The position numbers and the translations under genes were made by a program. Shown here in pieces: positions 1 through 10,931 of a stretch of DNA of 32,000 bases. Within the stretch, counting starts at the first letter, position 1. Every line of letters begins with the position of its first letter. The notes under the pieces are model-generated. The model had not been told where the DNA came from. It did no database searches and saw nothing but the letters and a program-made list of their open reading frames with translations. Source of the DNA: Vibrio vulnificus CMCP6 (GTDB lineage: Bacteria > Pseudomonadota > Gammaproteobacteria > Enterobacterales > Vibrionaceae); NCBI RefSeq assembly GCF_000039765.1, contig NC_004460.2, forward strand, positions 840,001 to 872,000. Direction: 5' to 3'.

Positions 1-549
1 CATACAACGGCAATGGGTTCTTATAACGGTGCGTACGCCTCTCGCCTCTTCCGTTTGCTGCGCATGTCGGGCATCAACTTCGTGGCGAACCCGCTGGTCA
101 ACATCCACCTTCAAGGTCGCTTTGATGACTACCCGAAACGCCGTGGTGTCACGCGCGTAAAAGAGATGCTCAACGCCAACATCAACGTCTGTTTTGGTCA
201 CGATGACGTGTTTGATCCTTGGTACCCACTAGGCACAGCAAACATGCTGCAAGTGCTGCACATGGGTCTGCATGTTTGCCAAGTGATGGGATACGACCAA
301 ATCAACACCTCACTTGATCTGATCAGCACCAACTCAGCGCGTACGCTGAACATTCAAGACAAGCACGGTATTGAAGCAGGTAAACCTGGTAGCTTGCTGA
401 TCCTTCCAGCGGAAAATGGTTTTGATGCTGTGCGTCGCCAAGTGCCGGTTCGTTACTCTGTTCGTCACGGTAAAGTGATTGCGGAAACGCAACCTGCGAC
501 AACGCACATCCACCTTGGTGAGCGTGAACAAGTCACTTTTCAGCGCTAA
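1..549 (+). CDS. codA: Cytosine deaminase, C-terminal part (gene truncated by window start)
   Basis: Reading frame is open from base 1 ([42 protein letters not shown]...). Motifs [29 protein letters not shown] and [26 protein letters not shown] closely match recalled E. coli CodA. Stop TAA at 547-549. Confidence 0.93.
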   Translation, partial: HTTAMGSYNGAYASRLFRLLRMSGINFVANPLVNIHLQGRFDDYPKRRGVTRVKEMLNANINVCFGHDDVFDPWYPLGTANMLQVLHMGLHVCQVMGYDQINTSLDLISTNSARTLNIQDKHGIEAGKPGSLLILPAENGFDAVRRQVPVRYSVRHGKVIAETQPATTHIHLGEREQVTFQR

Positions 550-576
550 CATTGGTGATAAATGCCTTTGAAGACG

Positions 577-604
577 AAATTGGCCCATCGGGCCAATTTT
601 TTCA
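577..604 (+). terminator. Rho-independent terminator after codA
   Basis: Perfect stem AAATTGGCCC (577-586) / GGGCCAATTT (590-599) with 3-nt loop and T-run. Confidence 0.85.
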
Positions 605-804
605 TTCAACCCCATTAATATGGAATCAATCTCACATAAATATTAAGTAATTTAATAATAAATTGTGGAATATTTGCGCACTTAAAAAATCACGACTAGT
701 GTTAAGACAACCCAGTGAACCTGAAAAGAGATAGCGAATTTTCAGAATTCACTAACAACGTCACACTCACAACTCTCATATCAATGATAATAACTCAATA
801 TTAA

Positions 805-830
805 ACGGCTCCCTTAGGAGCCGTCTTTGT
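805..830. terminator. Terminator-like hairpin, possibly bidirectional
   Basis: Perfect stem ACGGCTCC (805-812) / GGAGCCGT (817-824), followed by CTTTGTT on + strand; lies downstream of the minus-strand protease gene. Confidence 0.6.
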
Positions 831-871
831 TACTAGAAAATCAACACATAAAATATTGATTTTATTAGTTA

Positions 872-3232
872 TCACTTTCTCAGCGCGTTGAGTTTGGCTT
901 GAGCAATACCAAAGATAGTGTCAATGGGGTAGCTGCCATCATCGGTGGGCTCGCCCGCCGATTTGCCGGTAAAGATCTCAATTGCTTCAGTGACATGGTC
1001 AATCGCCCAAATATGGAAATCGCCTTTTTCTACGGCTTTAACAATATCTGGTCTCAACATCAGATTATGCACATTCGAGCGTGGAATAATCACCCCTTGT
1101 TGATCATGACGACCTTTGATAGCACACACATCAAAGAAGCCTTCGATCTTCTCGTTTACCCCGCCAATCGGCTGTGACTCACCAAATTGGTTCATCGAGC
1201 CGGTGATCGCGATATCCTGTCGGTTTGGCTGTTTAGAAAACGCCGACACAACGGCACACAACTCCGCCATGCTGGCGCTATCGCCGTCCACACCGCCATA
1301 CGATTGCTCAAACGTAATCGTCGTCGTCAGTGGCACTTTCGCATTACGGCCAAATACCGATGAGAGGTAAGCCGACAATATCATCACGCCTTTAGAGTGA
1401 ATGCTGCCCCCCAAATCCACGCTACGTTCAATATCGATCACCTCACCATCACCATAACAAGTGGTGGCAGTAATACGGTTTGGCGCGCCAAATGCGTGAT
1501 CACTGGTACTCAAAACAGAAAGTGCATTTACTTGGCCCACCGCACTACCTTCGGTACGAATTAACGTGGTGCCATTAATAAATCCTTCCATCACAGCATC
1601 TTGCAATCGGCTCACTCGCATTTCTTGATTGCTCAGAGCCTCCTCAACGTGACCGATGCGGATCATGTTAGAGTTAGACTGCTTGGCCACATAGTTCGAC
1701 TCACGTAGCAAATTGGCAATGTGCGCCGAATGCAATGAGAGCTTGCCTTGGTCTCCCACTAGACGAGAGCTGTGCTCAATGATGCGCGCAATGGCTTTCT
1801 TATCGCAATGCAGCATGCCATTGTCGTGCACCACACTGGAGATAAAGCGCGCGTACTGAAGTTCAGATTCCGGTGTACGCTTCATTTCATCTTCAAAATC
1901 GGCCGTGACTCGGAACAGCTCGCTGAACTCTGGATCGTAGTGTTGTAACAACTGATACGTGCGATAGTCGCCAAACAAAATGATCTTAATGTCGAGAGGA
2001 ATCGGTTCCGGATCAAGTGATACCGCACCAGTCAAGGTCACCTCTTTTTCTAACGAGGTAAAGCTGAGCTGACGAGAACGAAGCGCTCGTTTCAAACCAT
2101 CCCACACGTACGGCTGCTCAAGCACTTTTTGTGCATCCATCAACAGCACGCCACCATTGGCTTTATGCAAGCTACCCGCACGAATTAAGGAGAAATCAGT
2201 AAATACCGTGCCTTTGAATGTCGCGGTTTCAATTGAGCCAAACAGCGTGTGATAGTTCGGTGTTTCTTCTACCACAATAGGAAACTCACCCGTCTTGCGA
2301 CTCACTAGCACGTTCACTTTGTAGCGGCGCGGCAGTTTCTTATCAAGAGAAGCGGTGGCCACTTCACCTTGCTCACCCGTTTCCTCCAAAAAGATATCGG
2401 CGTTTTCGATGATGTCTTTTTGCAGTTCCGTTAAATAGGTTTTGATCTCTGGATATTGTGAATAATCGAGCTTAAGTTGCTTGATAAAGTGCGTAATCAC
2501 ATCGCGAGTGACATCGTCATTGAGCTTTTTGATTTTCTCGCTGTAAGACTCTTCCCATTCGGTTAAGTTACGCACCATCGAACGAAGGTTCACCTCAAGT
2601 TCGTCGATACTTGCTCCAAAGTACTCCTGCTCTTTACGGCTTAGAGCATCAAAAGTCTCCTCCGTATGCAGTTCTTCACCGTTCAACGCGACAAACTGGT
2701 AATCACCTTGTGTGGTGATGGTCAAACTAATGCCTTTTTCTTTGGCATCTTTCGTAATACGCTCGAGTTCTTGTTCCTGCTTTTGTACCAGTTGGTTTTT
2801 CAGCTTATCGGCGCGTGAATAATACATTTCATTATCAAACGCCAGCGGCATTGCGTTGACCAACTTGGTCATCAGTTTCTCAATATCATTACGGAACTGA
2901 ACGCCCACCCCTTGCGGTAACTTGAGCACTTTTGGGGTGCGAATATCTTCGAAGTTCGCGACATAGCACCAATCATACAATGCATTCACGTCATGTTGAT
3001 GGCGGTTTAAATAGCGCAAAATCATCGTACGCTTACCTAGGCCATTCTGGCCAATGGCGTAGATGTTGTAACCTTTTTCCTTGATTGACATAGCAAACTC
3101 AACCGCTTTTTGAGCGCGTTCTTGCCCCACAATCTCGTCAATCGGAGCCAACTCCTTGGTTGACTTACATGGCAGTTGTTCTAATTCAGCCACAGAATAG
3201 AGTTGTGCTGCGGATAATCTTTGAATCGCCAT
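872..3232 (-). CDS. Lon-like ATP-dependent protease (AAA_32 / peptidase S16 family)
   Basis: C-terminal S16 domain with catalytic Ser motif GDSASMAEL and Lys motif GVNEKIEGFFDVC; N-terminal ATPase-like region GYNIYAIGQNGLGKRTM. ATG at 3232 (MAIQRL) follows a strong AAGGAGG ribosome site, so it is preferred over the track start at 3262. Confidence 0.88.
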   Translation of the reverse strand: MAIQRLSAAQLYSVAELEQLPCKSTKELAPIDEIVGQERAQKAVEFAMSIKEKGYNIYAIGQNGLGKRTMILRYLNRHQHDVNALYDWCYVANFEDIRTPKVLKLPQGVGVQFRNDIEKLMTKLVNAMPLAFDNEMYYSRADKLKNQLVQKQEQELERITKDAKEKGISLTITTQGDYQFVALNGEELHTEETFDALSRKEQEYFGASIDELEVNLRSMVRNLTEWEESYSEKIKKLNDDVTRDVITHFIKQLKLDYSQYPEIKTYLTELQKDIIENADIFLEETGEQGEVATASLDKKLPRRYKVNVLVSRKTGEFPIVVEETPNYHTLFGSIETATFKGTVFTDFSLIRAGSLHKANGGVLLMDAQKVLEQPYVWDGLKRALRSRQLSFTSLEKEVTLTGAVSLDPEPIPLDIKIILFGDYRTYQLLQHYDPEFSELFRVTADFEDEMKRTPESELQYARFISSVVHDNGMLHCDKKAIARIIEHSSRLVGDQGKLSLHSAHIANLLRESNYVAKQSNSNMIRIGHVEEALSNQEMRVSRLQDAVMEGFINGTTLIRTEGSAVGQVNALSVLSTSDHAFGAPNRITATTCYGDGEVIDIERSVDLGGSIHSKGVMILSAYLSSVFGRNAKVPLTTTITFEQSYGGVDGDSASMAELCAVVSAFSKQPNRQDIAITGSMNQFGESQPIGGVNEKIEGFFDVCAIKGRHDQQGVIIPRSNVHNLMLRPDIVKAVEKGDFHIWAIDHVTEAIEIFTGKSAGEPTDDGSYPIDTIFGIAQAKLNALRK

Positions 3233-3500
3233 AGCTGCCTCCTTGTTTATTGTTCTTGTCATTCTTCCCAGTTAGCTCAATCCATTCTTCGCTATATTGA
3301 GCTCTCAGGAGGTTCTTTACTCCACACTACCTCAAGTCTAGTCGGAAATAATAGAATTTTTAGTGACTTATGCAACACGCCAGCGCAAGTGAGCAGAAAT
3401 GCAGCAATTGTTAAACAAATTAAGACAAATGATATAAACTTGCATTTGATAATAATTTTCATTTAAACTTCAAGAATCGCGTTTTAGACAGGAGAGTAAA

Positions 3501-4001
3501 GTGAACATCGAACAATGCTGGATGCGCTTTCTTAAAGCCCAAGAGTTAATGGAACAAGGTCATTGGCCGGAAGCTCATCACTTATTTAGTGAAGTGCTCA
3601 CTTACTTGCCTACCCATATTCAGTCAGCCGCACATGACTGTGAACTCAAACCGTGTCAGCTCGTTTGTTTGCTCAGCGGATTACGTGAAGCCAGTATCAT
3701 GCAGTCTGAACTGTATAACCGCTTGGGGCTCTATCAAGACGCTTTTTCTACCCTCAACAACACCTATGCTCTGTTCCAATTTGTGGCACTTGAGCAAAGT
3801 GAACTCATTCAACGTGTGCACTCCATGTTAAGCAAACATTGCGATGATTTACTCTCGTACATGACGGCGTTTTGCCGAGCACAACGGAATGCGCAATGGA
3901 TGCTGGAGTTAGATCATGTCAACCGCGCCCACGCGCAGTTTGCAACGCTACAGCTTTTTAATGGTAGCGCTCCACAGCACGCTTCTCGCGTCCTTAACTA
4001 A
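3501..4001 (+). CDS. Hypothetical TPR-like helical protein
   Basis: 166 aa ORF; [24 protein letters not shown] and [22 protein letters not shown] resemble tetratricopeptide helices. Ends 14 nt before the ABC ATPase ORF, so probably co-transcribed. Confidence 0.65.
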   Translation: MNIEQCWMRFLKAQELMEQGHWPEAHHLFSEVLTYLPTHIQSAAHDCELKPCQLVCLLSGLREASIMQSELYNRLGLYQDAFSTLNNTYALFQFVALEQSELIQRVHSMLSKHCDDLLSYMTAFCRAQRNAQWMLELDHVNRAHAQFATLQLFNGSAPQHASRVLN

Positions 4002-4015
4002 GACAAGGAATTACA

Positions 4016-5644
4016 ATGTCATCAAGAACCATTCTTACGGTGAACAACCTCTCGGTCAGTTTTAAGACCAACGATGGAATCGTCGATGCAGTTAAGAATG
4101 TTAGCTTCGATCTCCAAGCTGGAGAAACCCTCTCAATTGTTGGTGAATCTGGCTCTGGCAAGTCTGTCTCTTCCAGTGCTTTGATGAAACTGTTGCCCAA
4201 TAACGCGATTGTCCATCCGGATTCCTCGATTTTATTTGAAGGGGAATCGATTCTTGAGAAATCAGAGCAAGCGATGCGCAAGGTCCGGGGCGATCGCATC
4301 GGGATGATTTTCCAAGAGCCAATGACGTCACTCAATCCGTTTATGCGTGTGGGCATCCAAGTTGCAGAAGCAATGATGTGTCACCGTAAGGTGACGCAAA
4401 AACAGGCCAAACACCGAGTACTCGAGTTGTTCGAACTCGTTCATTTGCCGAATCCGCAACAGGCTTATTCAAAATTCCCTCACGAATTTTCTGGTGGTCA
4501 ATTGCAACGCATCATGATCGCAATGGCGTTGATCAATGAACCTGAAATTTTGATTGCAGATGAACCCACCACGGCATTAGATGTCACGGTGCAAGCGGAA
4601 GTACTCTATCTGATCAAAGAGATTCAAGCCAAGATGGGCATGGCGATATTGTTCATCACCCATGATCTGGGCGTGGTAAAGCACTTTGCCGATCGCGTGT
4701 TGGTGATGTGCAAAGGGGAAGTCGTTGAAGAAGGGAGCACACAAACGCTGTTTTCCAACCCGCAGCACGACTACACCAAGATGCTGATCAATTCCATTCC
4801 AAAGGGAAGCAAAGAAGCGGTTGATGAATCTGCCCCTATGCTGCTCAAAGCGCAAGACATTCGTGTTAAGTTTCTCGTTAAACCGCACTTTTTACCGAGT
4901 CGAAACCAATACTTCGAAGCAGTTAAAGGCATCTCGCTGCAATTAAAGCAAGGCGAAACACTCGGTATCGTCGGTGAGTCGGGCTCTGGAAAATCGACTC
5001 TCGGTCGCGCGCTCATCGGTTTGCTGCCTTCCACTGGTGAGATCGAATTTCAAGGTCAATCACTTGCTCAATTGAGCGAAAAAGCACGTTTCGACCTCAA
5101 GAAACAAGTACAGATGGTGTTTCAAGACCCATATGGTTCGTTGTCACCGCGTATGACAGTGGGCGAAATCATCACCGAAGCGTTGACGGTTCACCGCCCT
5201 GAGCTAAGCAAGCAGCAACGTATGAGCATGGCACGCGAAGCGCTGAAAGAAGTGCGTTTGGATCCGACGTCGATTAACCGTTATCCACACGAATTTTCCG
5301 GTGGCCAACGTCAACGCATTGCGATTGCACGGGCGTTGATCCTCAAACCTGCGTTTATTCTGCTCGATGAACCCACCTCGGCACTGGATCGCTCTGTCCA
5401 ATTGACGGTCATCGACTTACTTAAAGATCTGCAGAAAAAATACAACATCGGTTATCTGTTTATTAGCCATGATCTTTCGGTTGTTAAAGCCTTGTCTGAT
5501 CGCGTCCTAGTGATGCAAAAAGGTGAAGTGATGGAGCAAGGCAGTGCTGACGATATTTTCCACCAGCCGCAAAGTGACTACACCAAAAAACTCATCAGCG
5601 CGTCGTTTGATCTCGATGAGCCACAGATTGAAGAAGTCGCTTAA
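4016..5644 (+). CDS. ABC transporter ATP-binding protein with two fused ATPase domains (oligopeptide/microcin C YejF type)
   Basis: Two Walker A motifs ([30 protein letters not shown]), two signature motifs ([30 protein letters not shown]), two Walker B ([24 protein letters not shown]). AAGGA ribosome site just upstream of ATG. Confidence 0.93.
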   Translation: MSSRTILTVNNLSVSFKTNDGIVDAVKNVSFDLQAGETLSIVGESGSGKSVSSSALMKLLPNNAIVHPDSSILFEGESILEKSEQAMRKVRGDRIGMIFQEPMTSLNPFMRVGIQVAEAMMCHRKVTQKQAKHRVLELFELVHLPNPQQAYSKFPHEFSGGQLQRIMIAMALINEPEILIADEPTTALDVTVQAEVLYLIKEIQAKMGMAILFITHDLGVVKHFADRVLVMCKGEVVEEGSTQTLFSNPQHDYTKMLINSIPKGSKEAVDESAPMLLKAQDIRVKFLVKPHFLPSRNQYFEAVKGISLQLKQGETLGIVGESGSGKSTLGRALIGLLPSTGEIEFQGQSLAQLSEKARFDLKKQVQMVFQDPYGSLSPRMTVGEIITEALTVHRPELSKQQRMSMAREALKEVRLDPTSINRYPHEFSGGQRQRIAIARALILKPAFILLDEPTSALDRSVQLTVIDLLKDLQKKYNIGYLFISHDLSVVKALSDRVLVMQKGEVMEQGSADDIFHQPQSDYTKKLISASFDLDEPQIEEVA

Positions 5645-5771
5645 GTCGACTCAAACGAGGACCAACTCGCAAGTTCACATTACAACGTCAATGGAAAAAG
5701 TAGAACATGGCTGTTCTTTGGCTTGGCCGCCAACCCAATAGTGACTTGGGCTGAAAATAAGCGTCACAAAC

Positions 5772-5802
5772 AAAAATGCCGCGAACATATCGCGGCATTT
5801 TT
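5772..5802. terminator. Bidirectional terminator between convergent genes
   Basis: AAAAATGCCGCGA (5772-5784) / TCGCGGCATTTTT (5790-5802), lying between convergent ORFs. Confidence 0.85.
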
Positions 5803-5826
5803 ACATCCCTTAGATGAATAAACGGA

Positions 5827-7863
5827 TTACTTTAATGCGGTGATTCCCATATTGAACAACGTAAACGCATACATATCCGCAGAGAGATCGATCATTTTGC
5901 TCATCGGCATACCCGCGCCGTGCCCGGCATTGACATCAATTCGGATCAGTACCGGATTCGCGCCTTGGTGCTTCTCTTGCAGCTCGGCAATGAACTTATA
6001 AGAGTGCGCAGGCACAACACGATCATCGTGATCGGCCGTGGTCACAAGGGTTGCTGGGTAGGCTGTACCTTCCTTGACGTTGTGTACCGGAGAGTAGCCC
6101 AACAAATACTGGAACATCTCTTCACTTTGCGCCGAGGTGCCGTAGTCGTATTTCCAACCTTCACCAGAGGTGAAAGTGTGGTAGCGCAGCATATCCAACA
6201 CCCCAACGGCAGGCAGTGCCACTTTGAACAGCTCTGGTCGCTGAGTCATACAGGCACCCACAAGCAAACCACCATTTGAACCACCACGAATCGCCAAATA
6301 GTCCGAACTGGTGTATTGCTGTTCAATTAAATATTCTGCGGCGGCAACGAAGTCATCAAACACATTCTGCTTTTGCAATTGCGTTCCAGCATTGTGCCAA
6401 GCCTTACCGTATTCACCGCCACCACGTAAGTTAGCGACCGCGTAAACGCCACCCAACTCAAGCCAGCTGGCTACCATGCCTGAAAAGGCAGGCGTCAAAC
6501 TGACATCGAAGCCACCGTAACCATAGAGAATCGTCGGATTTTTACCGTTGAGTTCAATCCCTTTCTTATAAGAGATGATCATCGGGATCAAGGTGCCATC
6601 TTTCGATGGGTAGAACACTTGCTGTGATTCAAACTGAGTGCGATCGAAAGGCGCTTTTGACTCTTGGAACACCTGAGACTCACCGCTGTTCACATCCAGC
6701 GAGAAAATCGTCGGCGGTGTGACGTAATTGGTGAATGTGTAGTAGAGCGTAGTTTGGCTCTTCTTCCCTTCGAGCCCCGTTGCGGTGCCTTCGCCGGGCA
6801 GCGTAATTTCTCGAACTTTTTTCCCTTGGTAGCTGTACTGCACGACTTTTGACAGCGCATCAACCATGTAGGTCGCAAAAAGATAACCACCTGCCGCCAC
6901 CACCTCGAGAGGCTGATCTTGCTCGGCGATCACATCACGCCATTGACCACTTTCAATGTCCACACTCACTACTTTACCGTTTGGCGCATCCAAGTTGGTG
7001 TAGAGAAGAAACTCACGATCGGTCGAATCCAGCAAATGCGTATCAGAGTCAACGTGATCCAACAAGGTGTAAATCTGGCGCTCATCACTTTGCAGATCGA
7101 CATAAAACAAGCGGTTACCCGACGTTGACTCGTGGCCACTGATTACCAAGTAGCGATCGTCTTCGCTTGTCTGTCCATAAACGTAGCGATGCAGTTCGCC
7201 TTCCGCCTCGCCGAAAACCAACACATCATCGGATTGTGGTGTACCCAGTTGATGGTAATAGAGTTTGTGCTGTTCTGTTCTGGCTGACAGCTCGCTGCCT
7301 TGCGGCTTGTCATAACGCGAGTAGTAAAAACCTTGATTGCCCAACCACGACACACCGGTAAATTTCGCATCGACAATTTCAGGTTCGATTTGCTCACCTG
7401 TTTCGGCATTGAGCACAAAAATCTTACGCCAGTCACTTCCCCCTTCAGAGATAGTGTACGCCACCAGCGAGTCATCTTTTGAGAAAAACACGCCAGAAAG
7501 TGAGGTCGTGCCATCGTCAGAAAACCCGTTCGGGTCAAGAAATACCTGCGCAGCTTCGTCACCTTTGCGGCGATAGAGGACACTTTGGTTTTGTAAGCCG
7601 TCATTTTTGTAGAAGTAGGTGTATTCCCCATGCACAAAAGGCTGAGAAGATTTTTCGTAATCTTGACTCGCGGCGATTTGCTCTCTGAGTTGCTGGCGAA
7701 AACCAATCTGGCCTAGATAGTCAAATGTGATGGCGTTTTGCCCTGATACCCACTCTGTGGTTTCTGCACTGCGATCGTCTTCTAACCAACGATAGGGATC
7801 GGCCACCGCATGGCCGAAGTAATGATCAACAATTGGGTCTTTACGTGTTTTGATGTATTGCAT
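5827..7863 (-). CDS. Prolyl oligopeptidase family serine peptidase (S9)
   Basis: DPYRWLEDD near the N-terminus, nucleophile elbow AIRGGSNGGLLVGA, DDRVVPAHSYKF and NAGHGAG catalytic regions. ATG at 7863 (MQYIKTRKD) has AAGGA at a good distance; the track start at 7893 is GTG. Confidence 0.9.
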   Translation of the reverse strand: MQYIKTRKDPIVDHYFGHAVADPYRWLEDDRSAETTEWVSGQNAITFDYLGQIGFRQQLREQIAASQDYEKSSQPFVHGEYTYFYKNDGLQNQSVLYRRKGDEAAQVFLDPNGFSDDGTTSLSGVFFSKDDSLVAYTISEGGSDWRKIFVLNAETGEQIEPEIVDAKFTGVSWLGNQGFYYSRYDKPQGSELSARTEQHKLYYHQLGTPQSDDVLVFGEAEGELHRYVYGQTSEDDRYLVISGHESTSGNRLFYVDLQSDERQIYTLLDHVDSDTHLLDSTDREFLLYTNLDAPNGKVVSVDIESGQWRDVIAEQDQPLEVVAAGGYLFATYMVDALSKVVQYSYQGKKVREITLPGEGTATGLEGKKSQTTLYYTFTNYVTPPTIFSLDVNSGESQVFQESKAPFDRTQFESQQVFYPSKDGTLIPMIISYKKGIELNGKNPTILYGYGGFDVSLTPAFSGMVASWLELGGVYAVANLRGGGEYGKAWHNAGTQLQKQNVFDDFVAAAEYLIEQQYTSSDYLAIRGGSNGGLLVGACMTQRPELFKVALPAVGVLDMLRYHTFTSGEGWKYDYGTSAQSEEMFQYLLGYSPVHNVKEGTAYPATLVTTADHDDRVVPAHSYKFIAELQEKHQGANPVLIRIDVNAGHGAGMPMSKMIDLSADMYAFTLFNMGITALK

Positions 7864-7902
7864 AACGTCCTTGTGACTCTTTGTGTGAAGCACTTTCTAT
7901 AA

Positions 7903-7934
7903 AAAGCATGAAGGCCAAATGGCCTTCATGCTTT
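7903..7934 (-). terminator. Terminator for the LysR gene
   Basis: Perfect 14-bp stem AAAGCATGAAGGCC (7903-7916) / GGCCTTCATGCTTT (7921-7934), loop 4 nt; on the minus strand it is followed by a T-run. Confidence 0.78.
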
Positions 7935-8097
7935 AGGGTTTGCTTATGGTTGTAATGAGAATAATTTTCACCCCTTAACTTAGGGCTTACTGCGCGGTTT
8001 TCAAGGTAAAGATTGCAACATTTCTTGAAATGATGACTCAATCGCAATTTATTACTTATCATCAATCAAAGTCAGCGCCTCTCAACATCAGCAACAC

Positions 8098-8997
8098 TCA
8101 AAAATAGTGGGAAATGGTCAGATAACGCTCCCGAATATGCTCAATTAATAAACGCACTTTATTCGGTGGCTGGCGAGTGAACGGATAGACCGCATAGATG
8201 CCCAATTTTTTACCAACTTGTTCTGGAAAAATATCCACCAGCTGACCATTACGAAAATCGTGGTACACCAAGCAGCGAGGAACATAGGCAATACCATGGC
8301 CACCTAACGCCGCTTTGCGCAAAGCCGTTGCGTTGTCGGTCGAAAAACACCCTGCCACTCGCACAATGTAGTTGCCTTTTTCCCCCTTAAACTCCCACTC
8401 CGACGCTCCTGTGGTTTGGTAGGCATACTGCAAGCAGTTGTGTTGAGTTAAATCAGAAGGGATTACTGGTTTGCCATTTTTGGCAATGTAGGAAGGAGAA
8501 GCGCACACCACCCATTGAGAGTCGAGAATGTGCCTAGCAATCAAGCTGGAATCCTCAAGATAGCCGGTGCGAATGACCAGATCATAGCCGCCTGACACGA
8601 GGTCAACAAATCGGTTATCTAACGACATATCGACGGTTAATCCTGGGTGCTGGTTACAAAATTCGGCAACCGCATCCGCCAATATCAAATCACCCGAAAT
8701 CGTCGGTACCGACATTTTGATATGGCCACTGACATTCTCTCCAAAGCCTGCAACGGCATCCATAGCCTCCTGAGTGGCTTGCTTCACATTTTTGGCACTA
8801 TGCAGTAACGCCTTGCCCGCCTCGGTCAACGTCAATTTTCGCGTTGTTCGATATAATAATTGAGCGCCAATTTCTTCTTCAAGTCGCGCAATTCTTTTGC
8901 TAACCACCGAATTTGTAAGGCTATTTTCTTCAGCCACCTTACTAAAACTGCCCTGTTCAACCACTTGGCTAAATAAGATTAAGTCATCTGCACGCAT
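8098..8997 (-). CDS. LysR family transcriptional regulator, divergent to the lactate locus
   Basis: [61 protein letters not shown] is a typical LysR winged-helix N-terminus; LysR-type effector domain follows. Confidence 0.92.
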   Translation of the reverse strand: MRADDLILFSQVVEQGSFSKVAEENSLTNSVVSKRIARLEEEIGAQLLYRTTRKLTLTEAGKALLHSAKNVKQATQEAMDAVAGFGENVSGHIKMSVPTISGDLILADAVAEFCNQHPGLTVDMSLDNRFVDLVSGGYDLVIRTGYLEDSSLIARHILDSQWVVCASPSYIAKNGKPVIPSDLTQHNCLQYAYQTTGASEWEFKGEKGNYIVRVAGCFSTDNATALRKAALGGHGIAYVPRCLVYHDFRNGQLVDIFPEQVGKKLGIYAVYPFTRQPPNKVRLLIEHIRERYLTISHYF

Positions 8998-9209
8998 TGG
9001 ATTATGTCATTTTTGGAAGGAATGATTTTCATTATTTCCCTATATCAATAAAAAATAAAGGGGTAAATTCACGCCAAATTAACAAGCCCATTACAAAAAC
9101 AATAAGCTTTTTTCAATTATCCGTGTCAGTTGAACACTGCAATTGGAAGTCAGACCAACCTGATACCCCTACTCCATCAAGGTTGATCAAGCTGTACGAG
9201 GAAGTACTT

Positions 9210-10904
9210 ATGAGTGAAACATTGTTAGCCCTTTTGGCCTTTTCGCCAATTGTGGTCGCTGCCATCCTACTGGTCGGTCTTAACTGGCCTGCTAAAAAAG
9301 CCATGCCTGTTGCCTTCGCACTCACTGTGGTGATTGCACTCTTTGGTTGGGACATGTCCACCACCCGCGTGATCGCCTCTGTGCTGCAAGGCCTTGGCAT
9401 TACTGTCTCCGTGTTGTGGATTGTATTTGGTGCTATTTTCCTGCTGAACACGTTGAAACACACCGGAGCCATCACCACTATTCGCAACGGCTTTACCGAT
9501 ATCTCCGCTGACCGCCGCGTACAGGCGATCATTATCGCTTGGTGTTTCGGTTCTTTTATTGAAGGCGCATCTGGTTTTGGTACGCCCGCTGCGATTGCCG
9601 CACCTCTTCTGGTCGCCATTGGTTTTCCCGCGCTTGCGGCGGTACTGATGGGAATGATGATCCAATCCACACCGGTTTCTTTTGGTGCCGTTGGGACACC
9701 CATTATTGTCGGTGTGAACAAAGGTCTTGATACGCATAACATCAGCGAAGCCTTGATCGCTCACGGCTCAAGTTGGGATATTTACCTACAGCAAATCACT
9801 TCAAGCGTGGCGATGATCCACGCCACTGTTGGCACCATCATGCCGGTGCTGATGGCAATGATGCTGACACGCTTCTTTGGCAAAAATCGCAGTTGGAGTG
9901 AAGGGTTAGATATTCTTCCGTTCGCCCTATTTGCGGGTTTCGCTTTCACTGTCCCTTATGCCTTAACTGGCGTGTTCTTAGGCCCTGAGTTTCCTTCTTT
10001 GATTGGTGGTTTGGTCGGTCTTGCTATTGTAGTAACGGCGGCCAAAAAAGGCTTTCTCGTGCCGAAGTCACAATGGGATTTTGAAGCCGAGGACAAATGG
10101 CCAGCAGAATGGTTAGGCTCACTCAAAATCGATCTTGAACAAGTGCAAGGCAAACCGATGAGTCTGGTAAAAGCTTGGACACCTTACGTGCTTTTGGCAG
10201 TGATTCTCGTCGCCAGCCGCGTGAGTGCTGACTTCAAAGCCTTGTTAACGGGTATCAGCATCAGTTCTGGGACTATCTTAGGCGAAGCTGGTATCAGTAC
10301 AGCGTTCCAACCACTTTATTTACCTGGTGGCATCTTAGTGTTTGTCGCGTTACTTGCCGTGCTCATTCAAGCTGGCAGCCTCAAACCAATGGCAAAAGCG
10401 CTGGGCGAATCCAGTAAAACCCTCGTTGGAGCTGGCTTTGTACTCGTCTTCACCATTCCAATGGTTCGCATATTTATCAACTCGGGTGTCAACGCGGCGG
10501 ATCTCGCCAGTATGCCCGTCACCACCGCAAATTTCGCCGCTGACTTAGTTGGCTCTGCATTCCCGGCGTTGAGTGCCACCGTTGGTGCCTTAGGGGCATT
10601 CATCGCCGGTTCCAATACAGTGTCAAATATGATGTTCAGCCAGTTCCAATTTGAAGTGGCACAAACCTTGACCATCTCCAGTGCGGTTGTGGTGGCACTG
10701 CAAGCGGTGGGCGCGGCAGCGGGTAACATGATCGCCATTCACAACGTGGTTGCCGCTTCCGCCACTGTTGGGCTGCTCGGTCGTGAAGGTGCGACGCTGC
10801 GCAAAACCATTATCCCAACTTTCTACTACCTTGTAGTCACGGGCATCATCGGTTTAACACTGATTTACGGTTTGCAGATCACCGATGCACTCATGGCACC
10901 GTAG
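9210..10904 (+). CDS. lldP: L-lactate permease
   Basis: [36 protein letters not shown]..., [57 protein letters not shown] at 9210 is preceded by GAGGAAG; the track start at 8997 has no family similarity upstream of this point. Confidence 0.93.
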   Translation: MSETLLALLAFSPIVVAAILLVGLNWPAKKAMPVAFALTVVIALFGWDMSTTRVIASVLQGLGITVSVLWIVFGAIFLLNTLKHTGAITTIRNGFTDISADRRVQAIIIAWCFGSFIEGASGFGTPAAIAAPLLVAIGFPALAAVLMGMMIQSTPVSFGAVGTPIIVGVNKGLDTHNISEALIAHGSSWDIYLQQITSSVAMIHATVGTIMPVLMAMMLTRFFGKNRSWSEGLDILPFALFAGFAFTVPYALTGVFLGPEFPSLIGGLVGLAIVVTAAKKGFLVPKSQWDFEAEDKWPAEWLGSLKIDLEQVQGKPMSLVKAWTPYVLLAVILVASRVSADFKALLTGISISSGTILGEAGISTAFQPLYLPGGILVFVALLAVLIQAGSLKPMAKALGESSKTLVGAGFVLVFTIPMVRIFINSGVNAADLASMPVTTANFAADLVGSAFPALSATVGALGAFIAGSNTVSNMMFSQFQFEVAQTLTISSAVVVALQAVGAAAGNMIAIHNVVAASATVGLLGREGATLRKTIIPTFYYLVVTGIIGLTLIYGLQITDALMAP

Positions 10905-10931
10905 ATAGCCAGATTCATAACGACAACGAGT

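Noticed and set aside
5544-5741. 65-aa plus-strand ORF at the end of the ABC ATPase gene
   Set aside because: Overlaps the ATPase C-terminus in another frame, has no start context and no family features.
5920-7706. Opposite-strand ORFs inside the prolyl oligopeptidase gene, including 7143-7706 in the same-strand alternative frame
   Set aside because: Overlap fully with a well supported S9 peptidase; compositions are typical of out-of-frame translation.
8997-9209. N-terminal extension of the lldP ORF in the six-frame track
   Set aside because: The extra 71 residues do not resemble any lactate permease, and GAGGAAG followed by ATG at 9210 gives a canonical start. The extension crosses the divergent promoter region.
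9113-9764. Minus-strand ORFs (9113-9742, 9267-9764) opposite lldP, and 12890-13404 opposite lldF/lldG
   Set aside because: No protein-like motifs, no ribosome sites checked as convincing, and complete overlap with known genes.
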